The translations under genes were made by a program, and so were the position numbers. Below are positions 1-13,119 of a DNA stretch of 64,000 nucleotides, piece by piece. The stretch's first letter is position 1. The number at the start of each line of letters is the position of its first letter. The DNA is from Eledone cirrhosa. Its lineage: Eukaryota. The stretch is from positions 331,886,001 to 331,950,000 of the forward strand of contig OZ024742.1 of NCBI GenBank assembly GCA_964016885.1. The letters are read 5' to 3'. The notes below the pieces were generated by a model, which worked only from the letters and a program-made list of their open reading frames with translations, was not told where the DNA came from and made no database searches.

Positions 1-200
1 TACCGCCCCAAATGTGAATAGTTTATCTTTAAAATCAGCATTTTCTATTCTCACGAGCATCAAAGATAAGAGTCATATTTTTTCGCTAAACTTTGAATTT
101 CTCATTCTTTGAAATCGTTTCTGTCCAGATTACTGTTTACACATTTAAAGTTATCTTTTTATTTTTTTCTATTGTATTATCTCTTCATATATACTTATAC

Positions 201-260
<60 letters not shown>

Positions 261-459
261 TTAAGGATACTATTTATGGTTATGTATATACTAAAAACTT
301 TTATAGTTATATATATTTTAAACCCTAAACAGTGAAAGACAGTAATTTATTACTACCTTATTACCAGTAAGATAAATAGCTCAATGTAATAACATCACTT
401 GTTCTAGAGAGCAGTTATATAGAAATTACATGAATCAAAGTTCTATTCAAATCATTTAT

Positions 460-508
460 TCGCTTACAATTGTTTCTTCCAAACCGAGGTTTGGATTCTT
501 CGGAGCAA
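460..508 (-). ncRNA. Type I hammerhead ribozyme candidate, U4C core variant
   Basis: Minus strand: UUGCU-CCGAAGA-a UCCAAAC cucg GUUUGGA a-GAAA-CAAUUG-UA^-AGCGA; palindromic stem III (ACAAUUGU). Confidence 0.6.
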
Positions 509-776
509 TTTTTCAATGATTGTTTACATACTTGACCTCCTTTTCAACACAAGAGAAATACGGAAACATATGTATATCTTGAATATATACATATAAAACT
601 AAATATAGTTAGAGTTGCTCCTGCCAACATATCTCTACCATCTCTTCTCATATCCTTATCTAAACTCCCATGATCCCCACATACACAGTTGATATACATA
701 CATCAATATATACATATGTTTCCGTATGTCTCTTGTGTTGAAAAGGAGGTCAAGTATGTAAACAATCATTGAAAAA

Positions 777-825
777 TTGCTCCGAAGTGTCCAAACCTCG
801 GTTTGGAAGAAACATTTGTAAGCGA
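777..825 (+). ncRNA. Decayed inverted copy of the 460-508 hammerhead
   Basis: ttgct ccgaagt gtccaaac ctcg gtttgga a gaaa catttg ta agcga. Confidence 0.45.
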
Positions 826-877
826 ATAAATGATTTGAACAGAACTTTGATTCATGTAATTTCTATATCTATATATC

Positions 878-959
<82 letters not shown>

Positions 960-1457
960 GATATGTATATATATAAGTATATAAGTATGAGGCTCCTGGC
1001 TTAAGACAGACTTTAGACTTTAGATATATATATATATATATATATATAGTAGAATAATCAAGAATCGGAATATCAGCCCACGAAATCACGATAAACAATA
1101 TCCGATATGTGTGGCAGAGGGCTCAATAATTTGGATAAATCAGAGCTATAACTATCGTTAAAATACCAACACATAGAGACCATGCCTAAAATCACCCGTG
1201 CAGCCGAAAAAGAACGACCAGGACGATTCGGGTCACTCAAATAAAATATCAATAAATTAATAATTTAAATAATATATATATACATATTGATTCACCTCAA
1301 GGGGTAGGGCATTGATCAACATGCCTAGACTAGATTGATACAGCTCATTCTGTACCGATGTCATTTCCCACTGAAGCCAATTTTACATTGCAGCTTTAAA
1401 ATTCGTCAAATAATTCCATTCGTTTCGCCTCATTTGGAAGGCATTATTGCTTTCCTT

Positions 1458-1648
1458 GGGTGGTGAATTGGCAGTATCGGTAGAGCGTCAGACACCATTA
1501 TTTACAGCACGGAGTTATGGCCCTTTATGTTCTGATTTCAACGCCGAGGTCAACTTTGCCTTTCATCCTTACAGTTTCCATGAAATAAAGTAGCAGTAAT
1601 GCAGTGAAATATTTGCTGGCCTTGTGCAACAAGTAGAAACTATTATTA
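1458..1648 (+). mobile_element. tRNA-derived SINE (cephalopod-type family)
   Basis: gggtggtgaattggcag...cgccgaggtcaactttgcctttcatcct...gtagaaac plus (att)n tail; same family as 23289, 40403, 52328, 55838. Confidence 0.8.
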
Positions 1649-2193
1649 CTTTCTTTAGACTTTTAGAATTACTCATCGATACACTTTATGTTTTCTTTAT
1701 TTTTCAAATTCATACCCCAGAAGGCATTACTTTGTTTCATGCATTTTGAGTCTTTAAAGTACCTATTAATTATTTTAATCGATAAAATAAACTGTTCCGT
1801 TAAATCCAATCTTACCATTAGAGGGCAGAGAATTTGGGTTATTCATTGATATTAGTTAGCAGAAAATCATTATTTCATTATTAGTTAATGAGTTTCAGTA
1901 AATAAATATCATTCCCTATATAAGAACTTCTATATTTCTGCTAGAAATCATCATCTGAAACAGCAGTGTATATATATATATATATGTGTGTGTGTATTCA
2001 CTGAAGAGCAGATCGATTATGGATATCTATTCCGCGAAGAGCAGATCAATATGTAGCGATATACGGTATGTTTATGAATAAACATTCTGAAAGCGTTCAA
2101 CTATAAATATAGAAACTGATGACATAGCACCATCTAGCGGATTTTAGCAAAAGCAAAGGGTGGGTATGTATATATATGTGTAGTTATATATAT

Positions 2194-3127
<934 letters not shown>

Positions 3128-3197
3128 ATGCATGCATATATATATATATAGGTGTGTCTCTGAGTACGTGTGAGTCTGTGTGCGTGCATGCGCGCGC

Positions 3198-3235
<38 letters not shown>

Positions 3236-3255
3236 ATGTGTGTGTGTATGTATGC

Positions 3256-3306
<51 letters not shown>

Positions 3307-3407
3307 TATTGAAATTTCCGTAGAAAACAGAAAAGGTCATAGAAGTGAAGTGTGCTCTATGTAATTACCAGAGCAAAATTTAATGTATAAAAATCAATAG
3401 AATATAA

Positions 3408-3483
3408 TTACCTCATTACCAGAGGTTTCCCGAATGAGGCGAATACGAAAGAAACGTCTTCATTCGTTCGTGAGACGAGGCAA
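3408..3483 (-). ncRNA. PLE-A hammerhead, core mutated (CUCACGA)
   Basis: UUGCCUCGU-CUCACGA-a CGAAUGA..UCAUUCG g-GAAA-CC ucu GG-UA^-AUGAGGUAA; 9-bp stem I. Confidence 0.65.
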
Positions 3484-4821
3484 TATAAAACATGACTAAA
3501 TACTTGGAAAGTCTCATCAAGAAAAGCATTATATATAAACAAATGATCTTTCAAGAAATATAGTTAGGTGTGTGTATATGTATGTATATACTCTCACAGA
3601 TGTACATACGTGTGTATGTCACATGTGTACGTATAGTGAAAAAGTGTCGTAAATATATGTGTTAGGGCTAGTGTATCTATGTATCTGTAAACTACAGACA
3701 GCCATGATGTGATTCTCTGTCTGGCAGGTAAACATAAAAACAGGGTATTAGATACATTATAAGAATATGAAGGCGCGCGTATAAACACACCTACACGCAC
3801 GTACACTTATATGCGGAAGTAAATGAGGTAAGTGAGTGTAATAATTAAAAGAAACTATCATTCTCGATATATTTATAAAAATGGAACAATAATTTAGAAA
3901 GAAAAAAATTAAAGAAAAGAAGACAAACAAGGTACACGTGTACACACACACATATATCTACAAGAAACGTATATCTATAAGAAATATATATATATACACG
4001 CAAAAACGTGCAGACAAAAGCGTATGCAAGCACACATACGCACACAGGATGCACATATATACGCATATACGCCTCGCCCCATGAATATCTAAATACGCGC
4101 ACGCACGCGACTGTATACACACTCGCACACACACACTCACACAAATATGCATGCTTATATACATACGCAGACTTACACTTCCATACAATCGGTACGTACA
4201 CACACACACATACATACACTCACGCATATTGACCTGTTTACATGCACACACATAAAAATTAGGATGTAAAAAAAAGAAGAAAGCACAAAAACAAAAAACA
4301 TAGATGTAAAAACACAGAAATAAAGACACATATACATACACACATATATATTTACACGAACCCGCGCGCACATACGGAGACGTTCGTGTAAATATATAGA
4401 AAGTATACACACATTAAAGCACTCAGGCACATATATACAGGGTGGAAAGAGCCTTGTGGATAAGTAAGTACAAATATAAAATTATAAGATTGGTTGCGAA
4501 ATAACAAAAAAATATCTGGAGGGGAAAACGCAAGTGACTATGTAATAAGTTAGGGAAGAAAATAGTGGAAAGTGAAGATATTAGGTAAGTGAATCGGAGA
4601 ATAAAGGGGGGGGGGTTAAAAGGTGGATGTGAAGTAAAAATAAAAATATATAAAAATAAAAATAAAAATAAAAATAAAAATAAAAATAAAAATAAAAATA
4701 AAAATAAAAATAAAAATAAAAATAAAAATAAAAATAAAAATAAAAATAACAATGAAATTAATAATAAGGATAAAAATGAAAGTAAATCAGACAGGGTAGT
4801 CATAAAGAGAATAATAAGAGT

Positions 4822-6943
4822 TTATGGAGGATAAGTATCTGAAAGTGTGTTAAGTTTATATGAGCTGGAAAGCAGGGGTGATTTCATGTGTGGGCAACTG
4901 GTGAAAATTTCTGTCTTTGTGTTTAGGCAGGTCTTTGGTGATTTAAGATTTTGCAAGATCCAATATTTTTCATTTATGCAGAGCGTGCATTTTCTTGTTC
5001 CTCTTGCATATTCTTTAGATTGGTTCAACATTGACCAATCTCATTTATATTGGATACCTTGGTCTTTCAAAACCCATATTCTGCTAGCCAGAGCTGTTGT
5101 AAATCTTTTTTCTGGATGTCGAAATGATGCGACATGTGAGTAATAACGCGTTTTGAATTTGTCTTGCGTCATACCCACATATCGTTCACTGGTGGCTGGA
5201 TCGTTGTTGCTGATGGTTGTCACTTTAGCCGCATATACAATGGCTTTGGTGTTGCATTTACCTTGTAATGGGCATTCACTTTTGATTCTACAGAAGCAAT
5301 TTTGATGTTCTCTAGCTGATTTTTTGTTGATGATATAGGATTTAATAGGGGGACCGCAGGAGTAGCTAATTTTGACACAGTTTCTATTAAAGATCCTATA
5401 GTATCTATGTGTTCTAGGGAAATGTTTATCTAGGATTTCTAGGAATTTTTTGCCTACGTTAGTTTTAACTGCTAGAGAGTAGGGGGGGGGGGGGTGAACC
5501 AGATTATTTTTCTTTTTCTGTTTTTATGTTTAATAGAGTTAGTATAGTTGGGTATGTATTTAATCGGTTCGCTAAAACCGCTATTTTGGAGGGCTTTATT
5601 ATAGTAGGGGATGCCTTATTAAAAATAGCTTCTGAGGAAGAGAGGGTGGAGATCCTACGGCTAATATTAGGGATAAGGTTTTTAAAAACTATAGGAGGAT
5701 GGCAAGAGCCTTTATTTATATATTTTAAGTTTTCATTAGGTTTATGGTATGTTTTATAAGAAGCAGTAGGCAAATCTATGTTTATATCTAGGAAATCTAC
5801 ATTGGAAAGGTTAGTGTCAATAGTAATTTTAAGATTAAAACTAGCGAAGGTTTTTATTAAGTCTTTCCTTAATCTATCTAAGTTATGGCCTATGGTGGTA
5901 TGGGAAAGTATTAGACCATCGTCGCGATAAAGCCCCAAAATATGGTTAGTAATTTTTTCTTTAAGTGTGTGTAGGAGGAATAGGCCGACAAACATCAGCA
6001 CTGTCATAAGAGCCCATTGAGACATCGAATGGGCTCTCTGGGTTAGATATTTTTACCCAAGTGTCATTATCAGTAAAGAGTAGAGTGTTTCTAGCGTGCA
6101 AGATGAAATGCACTTCAATATCGGAGATATTAGTAAACCTTCTAGCGAAATTTAAGGCTTTCGCTAAAAGGGTCTGAGTGATAAATGGGTAGAAATCTAC
6201 AATGTCAAATTGGGTGAAACTAGAACTATTTTTGTTTTTAATATTATTAAACCAATGTTTTACGGAAGAGCTATTCATACATTGGTGTAAGTTAGACTTA
6301 CTTCTAATGTGTGTATTTATATTATTTAAACATTTTTTGCTGGCAAGACCAATATCAGTCTTAGCAGGGTTGATTAATCTACAACTAGGACGATTAATAA
6401 AGTCGGGTTTGTGATCTTTAAGGGTGATATAACCATTATGTTTAGCAAGTTTTTCTGTCCTATTATCTATTTTTAAAGAAACAGCTAATTCTTTAGCTTC
6501 CTTATTTATATTATGATACCTGTTTATATTAGCTATTTGGTATTTAGAGGTGATATTATCTATTAATAGTTGGTCGTGTAAATTATTGTTAACTTCATAT
6601 AGGTTTTTAGTTTTATCGGAGATGAACTTATTATTAGAAGATTTGAATGTTGAAATATCATTAGATAGTTTAAATTGAAAAGGGTTAGAGTACTTACGAA
6701 AATTGATATTGTTGATAAGGTTAACTAGGTCAAGTTCAAAAGCGGTCATATCTTTTACTCTTTGCTTATGAGTTTTGATGTCAAAATATTCCGTAGAATC
6801 CGTGTTAAAGTGTCCATCGAGAATCAAAGCTTTCCATCTCATTCTTTTAACAACCTTCTCTACTTTGTCTATCAGTATTTTCGTGTAGAGAGTGATGGTG
6901 TTGGGATATTATTTACAGAGTAATCCAAAGGGTATCTATCCAT
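4822..6943 (-). pseudogene. PLE-A polyprotein (RT + GIY-YIG endonuclease), frameshifted
   Basis: MDRYPLDYSVNNIP..KRMRWKA; FDIVDFYP; FDVSMGSYD; GLYRDDGL; RYVGMTQDKFKTRYYSH..CTLCINEK..LNTKTE..CPH across ORFs 5961-6842, 5504-6025, 5041-5223, 4822-5031. Confidence 0.9.
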
Positions 6944-7163
6944 GTTCAGTATTGGTTTAAAATTCTATGAGTGAAGAGTGCTCGACTTTATAAGGGCTGG
7001 AAGGTGCCAATCTCATAAAGATGTAGAATATGCTGCGATCATTCCGTTGGGAGCTATATAAGTATTGAAATTTCCGTAGAAAACAGAAGAGGTCATAGAA
7101 GTGAAGAGTGCTCTATGTAATTACCAGAGCAAAATTTAATGTATTAAAATCAATAGAATATAA

Positions 7164-7239
7164 TTACCTCATTACCAGAGGTTTCCCGAATGAGGCGAAT
7201 ACGAAAGAAACGTCTTCATTCGTTCGTCAGACGTGGCAA
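7164..7239 (-). ncRNA. PLE-A hammerhead, intact core
   Basis: UUGCCACGU-CUGACGA-a CGAAUGA..UCAUUCG g-GAAA-CCUCUGG-UA^-AUGAGGUAA. Confidence 0.8.
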
Positions 7240-8653
7240 TATAAAACATGGCTAAATATATGGAAAGTCTCATCAAGAAAAGCATTATATATAAATATAA
7301 ACAGAGGAATTACAATGGTCATATGAAATATATAAAAATATTTCAAGAAATATAGCTAGGTGTGTGTATATGTATGTATATACTCTCACAGATGTACATA
7401 CGTGTGTATGTACAAATGTGTACGTATAGTGAAAAAGTGTGCGTAAATATATGCGTTAGGGCTAGTGTATCTGTGTATCTGTAAACTACAGACAGCCATG
7501 ATGTGATTCTCTGTCTGGCAGGTACACATAAAAACAGGGTATTATAAGAATATGAAGGGCATTATAAGAATATGAAGGCACGCGTATAAACACACCCACA
7601 CGCACGTACACTTATATGCGGAAGTAAAAGAGGTAAGGGAGTGTAATAATTAAAAGAAACTATCATTCTCGATATATTTATAAAAATGGAACAATAATTT
7701 AGAAAGAAAAAAATTAAAGAAAAGAAGACAAACAAGGTACACGTGTACACACACACATATATCTACAAGAAACGTATATCTATAAGAAATATATATATAT
7801 ACACGCAAATCGTGCAGACAAAAGCGTATGCAAGCACACATACGCACACAAGATGCACATATATACGCATATACGCCTGGCCCCATGTATATCTAAATAC
7901 GCGTACGCACGCGACTGTATACACACTCGCACACACACACACACAAATATACATGCTTATATACATACGCAGACTTACACATCCATACAATCGGTAAGTA
8001 CACACACACACACACACACATACATACACTCACGCATATTGACCTGTTTACATGCACACACATAAAAATGAGGATGTAAAAAAAAAGAAGAAAGCACAAA
8101 AACAAAAAACATAGATGTAAAAACACAGAAATAAAGACACATATACATACACACATATATATATATATATATATACGCACGCGCGCGTACATACGGAGGC
8201 GTTCATGTACATATATAGAAAGTATACACACATTAAGGCACTCAGACACATAGATACAGGGTGTAAAAAGCCTTGTGGATAAGTTAGTATAAAATATAAA
8301 ATTATAAGATTGGCTGCGAAATAACAAAAAAATATCTAGAGTAGAAAACGCAAGTGACTATGTAATAAGTTAGTGAAGAAAATAGTGGAAACCGAAGATA
8401 TTAGATAAGTGAATCGGAGAATAAAGGGGATGGGGTTACAGGGGGATGTGATGTAAAAATAAAAAAAAATAAAAATAAAAATAAAAATAAAAATAAAAAT
8501 AAAAATAAAAATAAAAATAAAAATAAAAATAAAGATAAAAAATAAAAATAAAAATAAAAATAAAAATAAAAATAAAAATAACAATGAAATTAATAATAAG
8601 GATAAAAATGAAAGTAAATCAGAAAGGGTAGTCATAAAGAGAATAATAAGAGT

Positions 8654-9425
8654 TTATGGAGGATAAGTATCTGAAAGTGTGTTAAGTTTATATGAGCTGG
8701 AAAGCAGGTGTGATTTCATGTGTGGGCAACTGGTGAACATTTCTGTCTTTGTGTTTAGGCAGGTCTTTGGTGATTTAAGATTTTGCAAGATCCAATATTT
8801 TTCATTTATGCAGAGCGTGCATTTTCTTGTTCCTCTTGCATATTCTTTAGATTGGTTCAAAATTGACCAATCTAATTTATATTGGATACCTTGGTCTTTC
8901 AAATCCCATATTCTGCTAGCCAGAGCTGTTGTAAATCTTTTTTCTGGATGTCGAAATGATGCGACATGTGAGTAATAACGCGTTTTGAATTTGTCTTGCG
9001 TCATACCCACATATCGTTCACTGGTGGCTGGATCGTTGTTGCTGATGGTTGTCACTTTAGCCGCATATACAATGGCTTTGGTGTTGCATTTACCTTGTAA
9101 TGGGCATTCACTTTTGATTCTACAGAAGCAATTTTGATGTTCTCTAGCTGATTTTTTGTTGATGATATAGGATTTAAAAGGGGGACCGCAGGAGTAGCTA
9201 ATTTTGACACAGTTTCTATTAAAGATCTTATAGTATCCATGTGTTCTAGGGAAATGTTTATCTAGGATTTCTAGGAATTTTTTGCCTACGTTAGTTTTAA
9301 CTGCTAGAGAGTAGGGGCGGGGGTGAACCAGATTATTTTTCTTTTTCTGTTTTTATGTTTAATAGAGTTAGTATAGTTGGGTATGTATTTAATCGGTTCG
9401 CTAAAACCGCTATTTTGGAAGGCTT
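8654..9425 (-). pseudogene. PLE-A linker and GIY-YIG domain (5'-truncated tandem copy)
   Basis: ORF 8654-9055 is nearly identical to 4822-5223 but lacks the internal stop. Confidence 0.85.
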
Positions 9426-9611
9426 TTGGGGCAGCCCTCATTTGATTCTAGCAAGGTCGCAGTAAATACCGAGCATGGGGAGGGATGAGGTGAATATATA
9501 AATATTGCGGTAAGAGATATCAACTGTGTATGTGGGGATCATGGGAGTGTAGATAATGACATGAGAAGTTCCCAGTGTCCCCGCATTGCCTGGAAATTTA
9601 GCTGAGAATAG

Positions 9612-9690
9612 ATTCCCTGATGACGTAAGGCTTCTCCATAGTTATTACGTAACTATATTTATCCCCTCACAGAAACTAATTAGTTGGAGT
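9612..9690 (+). ncRNA. Type I hammerhead with expanded stem II
   Basis: AUUCC-CUGAUGA-cGUAAGG..CCUCACa-GAAA-CUAAUUAG-UU^-GGAGU. Confidence 0.75.
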
Positions 9691-10136
9691 GAAATGTTAG
9701 TAAGTAAGTCAATTTTCATAACTTTCTTATTTACGTCTTTCATATAATTGTTCTGCACCCCCCTGCATAGAACCATAAAGTTACTAAAACAAAACACATA
9801 TATATTTGCTAGCATAGGTATGCATATGTATACATATGTCGGTAGATATATTAATTCTTTATAATTATCTCCAAATTATTTGTTGAGCAAAATTTGCCGA
9901 AATTACTACTGTGACTGATAGTAGTGGCTAGGCTCTGTCTTAATTGCACCCCCTCTCCTAGCTGATTAACCTCAGTGTCACGTGATTGATTCTTTTGAAT
10001 TTGCCACTTGACCAAGTAGGCATTGAATTTTTCAATGTCTTGGAATCTAGCCCCGCTCGCTTTTTTCCATCCACTGAATTATTTTTATATAAGTTCCCAG
10101 TGTCCACGCATTGCCTGGAAGCTTAGCTGAGAATAG

Positions 10137-10215
10137 ACTCCCTGATGACGTAAGGCTTCTCTATAATTATTACGTAACTATATTTATCCCCTTACAGAAA
10201 CTAATTAGTTGGAGT
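10137..10215 (+). ncRNA. Type I hammerhead with expanded stem II
   Basis: ACUCC-CUGAUGA-cGUAAGG..CCUUACa-GAAA-CUAAUUAG-UU^-GGAGU; 12-nt palindrome AACUAAUUAGUU. Confidence 0.82.
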
Positions 10216-10258
10216 GAAGTTTTAGTAAATCAATTTTCATAACTTTCTTATTTACGTC

Positions 10259-10310
<52 letters not shown>

Positions 10311-10319
<9 letters not shown>

Positions 10320-10575
10320 GATATTAAATAAATGTAAACTATATTTATAGAATCATATTTATTCTATTATATATATTTGAAGGGTACCAACACTTTTCTA
10401 CGGTCTCATCAGATAATATACAAAGTTTGTTTTATAAATATTGACATATCCAGGAAGGAGATCTTAACTGTTCAAGTTTTTCCCGGATATGTCAACATTT
10501 ATGAAACAAATAGGTATTTTATCTGATGAGAGTGTTACATAGTTTTGGTACCATTGAAATACATATAAATAGCAG
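10311..10575. mobile_element. Fold-back fragment with two decayed HHRs (family of 34987 and 45705)
   Basis: Starts attcaatgatattaaataaatg after (TA)n; tcatcagataa near 10406 and ttatctgatga near 10519 in inverted orientation. Confidence 0.55.
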
Positions 10576-13062
10576 ATTTACCCGGCGTTGCCGGGGGTTT
10601 GAAATTATGCTAGGAAGTAAATTGAATGGAAAATACCATAAGGATTTAGTTTTTGTGGGTTTGCTGACACAGGCATGTGACTTAGAAGAAAATCGATGCT
10701 CGCTTAAGAGCCTTGTAGTGCAGAGAATAAACACCTACACTTTTGTCGCGAGTGACAAAGAAATGAGCAAGCTACAACTGAAAAGTTTTAGGTCCCAACA
10801 GTTTGAATGGAAAGTCTCATAAGTTTTGATTGATTTCTACTTTACATCATGCAATTTAGAAAAAATAAATTTGCTATCGATTTTTTATTGCTCAACGTGG
10901 ATCGATTTGAAATGTTTTTGTGATGTGACCATCTTAGCGACAGGTGCAACGTGCACAGAAAATTAGGTGATTGAAATAAGAATGGAATGTGATTCACCAT
11001 CGTTGATTTCGACAATGTGCGTTCCTGTCGTTTGATATACGGCACAAACTACTCTTGAATTTAAATTAATCTCCAAATATTTGAGCATTCCATTAATATC
11101 TTCATCTTATAGAGATTCCGAGAGACACGGTGTGACAAAGCTATCTCGTTCAGTTTACAGGTTCACTCTATTCGATGGGCTTTTTCATCTCGTTTGTCAA
11201 GCAGAGTGTATGTCAAATAACATTTGTTCACGATAACATACAACGAAATACACCCTGAAATTTTAGATGTATTATGAAGAAGCTTTGTAAACATTTGAGC
11301 ATGGTAAGTCCACAGAAACAGCAATATTATATAACTGAAAGTCATTTCTTGGCTCCATTGATCGAAGGTAAATTCTGAAGGGTGGGATTTGAAATGATAT
11401 ATTAAAATATAGTTAAAAATCACTAAGATGTAATTTAATATATTATCGTTTTAGCCACTGCTATTTTATATGTTTGATATATTCTCATTTCATTTCGGTA
11501 GTTCACATTTACATTTTAGATCAATTGGTCGTCCAACACATGAATTAAGTCTTCCACAAGTATCCCACAGACAGGTGTACTTCAGTGTACAACAACAAAC
11601 CGTATAACTGTGTCACAATGTGTCATGACTGTACCATTTAGTTACAAGTACAATACATTTGATGGGAGGTTCTCAAAGTGGGCGGTACCGCCTCTCGTGG
11701 GGGTTTTAAGAAGATCTAGGGGAGTTGGAGTCTAAGGTGGCGGTACAGATGATATAATAGTATATTAGATATCAAATGAAACATTATATATAAATATAGT
11801 AAAATGTATTATATATAATATGTATTTATACATAGTATATATGATATTATCTATTATATATAAATTACCGATTTTATTTAGATATTATATACAATTGGGG
11901 TGTAGGCAGATATGTCGGAAATAAGTGTAGGACGCTGAGGGGTCACAAATTTTTCAGAACATCTGGTCTAAACAATTTCATTCAAGGCTTGGCTCGATCC
12001 TAGATTGTGGTAAATACACTAACCAAAGATGCCACGCAGTGCAGGCTGAATCAGGACCTCGTGAATTTATTCGGCTATGGTTGAGATCTCGATAAATTAT
12101 TATATATTGATAAAATATATATTTTGCATCATTTAATAAGTATTTAGACATAATTTCATTAACAACATTCTATAACAATGTTTGGCATTACCTTATCTCA
12201 CCAAATTGTCAATCGCTTAGAAATGTTGGCTTTCGCTTTTGCTCCAGACGGCGAACACAAACGGGTTCGAAAAGATGAGTCACCAAGTTGTACATCGTAA
12301 TAAGTTGGACATTATTTATATTGTTTAGAGTTATATCGGCAATGATTAAGTGTGAATGTGTAAGTGTGTAGTGTATTTGCTTTCTGTCAGATCCGAAAAC
12401 GCAAGTTTCACTTTTAACAGCGAAACAGCCTGCGCGTGAAATTAACTTGCAGTTGATTGAGTATTGCTCTACACAGGGTATCAGAAACATTCAGCATGAC
12501 ACAGTGCGTGACAAGGGTAGATCTTTGAATTGCAGGTAAAATTCATTTTGCTACCTGAATGGAACTAGCTCACCGTATACTTAAATATTAATTCTGGAGG
12601 AAATTTAAATTATAACACTATTGTCTTCAGTAGAACACACTAAACAATCAAACGCTTTCACTAATGGATTAATCATATTAAAAAGAAAATCGTGATTCCA
12701 TGTTTATTCTGATTTGAGTATTCTGAAGTATTCCGATTTGAGTATTCTACAGTTTATGATTCTACAAATAATAACGCGTTTGTGGTGATTACTGAAATGT
12801 TATGTATATATAAACATTCGGTCCTAATTTTGTGCGATAGGTCCGTGCATATATAAGCGTCTGGGTGCGTAGGCATGTCTACTTGTGCGTGTATGTATAT
12901 ATGTATATGAGTGTGTATGTGTGTTCTGTTGTGAGTGTATATATTTGTATCACCAATATACATATATTGGTATCCCCAAGAGTAATTCACTGCATCACAT
13001 GGGTTTATACAAAATTGCGCATATACATACATATATATACATACTCATATTTATATATACTC

Positions 13063-13119
<57 letters not shown>

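Larger units (their letters stand above)
418..866. mobile_element. Non-coding fold-back element carrying an HHR in each arm
   Basis: 418-~600 is the reverse complement of ~700-866; right end abuts (TA)n; the spacer ~640-695 matches 9516-9567 in reverse orientation. Confidence 0.7.
3301..9425 (-). mobile_element. Penelope-like element A, partial tandem (5'-truncated copy 9425-7055 followed by full copy 7054-3301)
   Basis: 7055-9425 duplicates 3301-5595; RT+GIY-YIG ORF; HHR near each 3' end; 3' end abuts (TA)n. Confidence 0.9.
9566..10263 (+). mobile_element. Retrozyme-like tandem element, 525-nt monomer
   Basis: aagttcccagtgtcc... at 9566 and 10091; one HHR per repeat, predicted cleavage after 9685 and 10210; ends at (TA)n. 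Confidence 0.8.

Noticed and set aside
1995-2080. tattca-CTGAAGA...tgaata hammerhead remnant
   Set aside because: Stem I pairs, but an internal duplication is present and GAAA is missing; too decayed to call
4589-4834. (KN)n and (FL)n ORFs
   Set aside because: (AAAAAT)n repeat in the PLE-A 3' region
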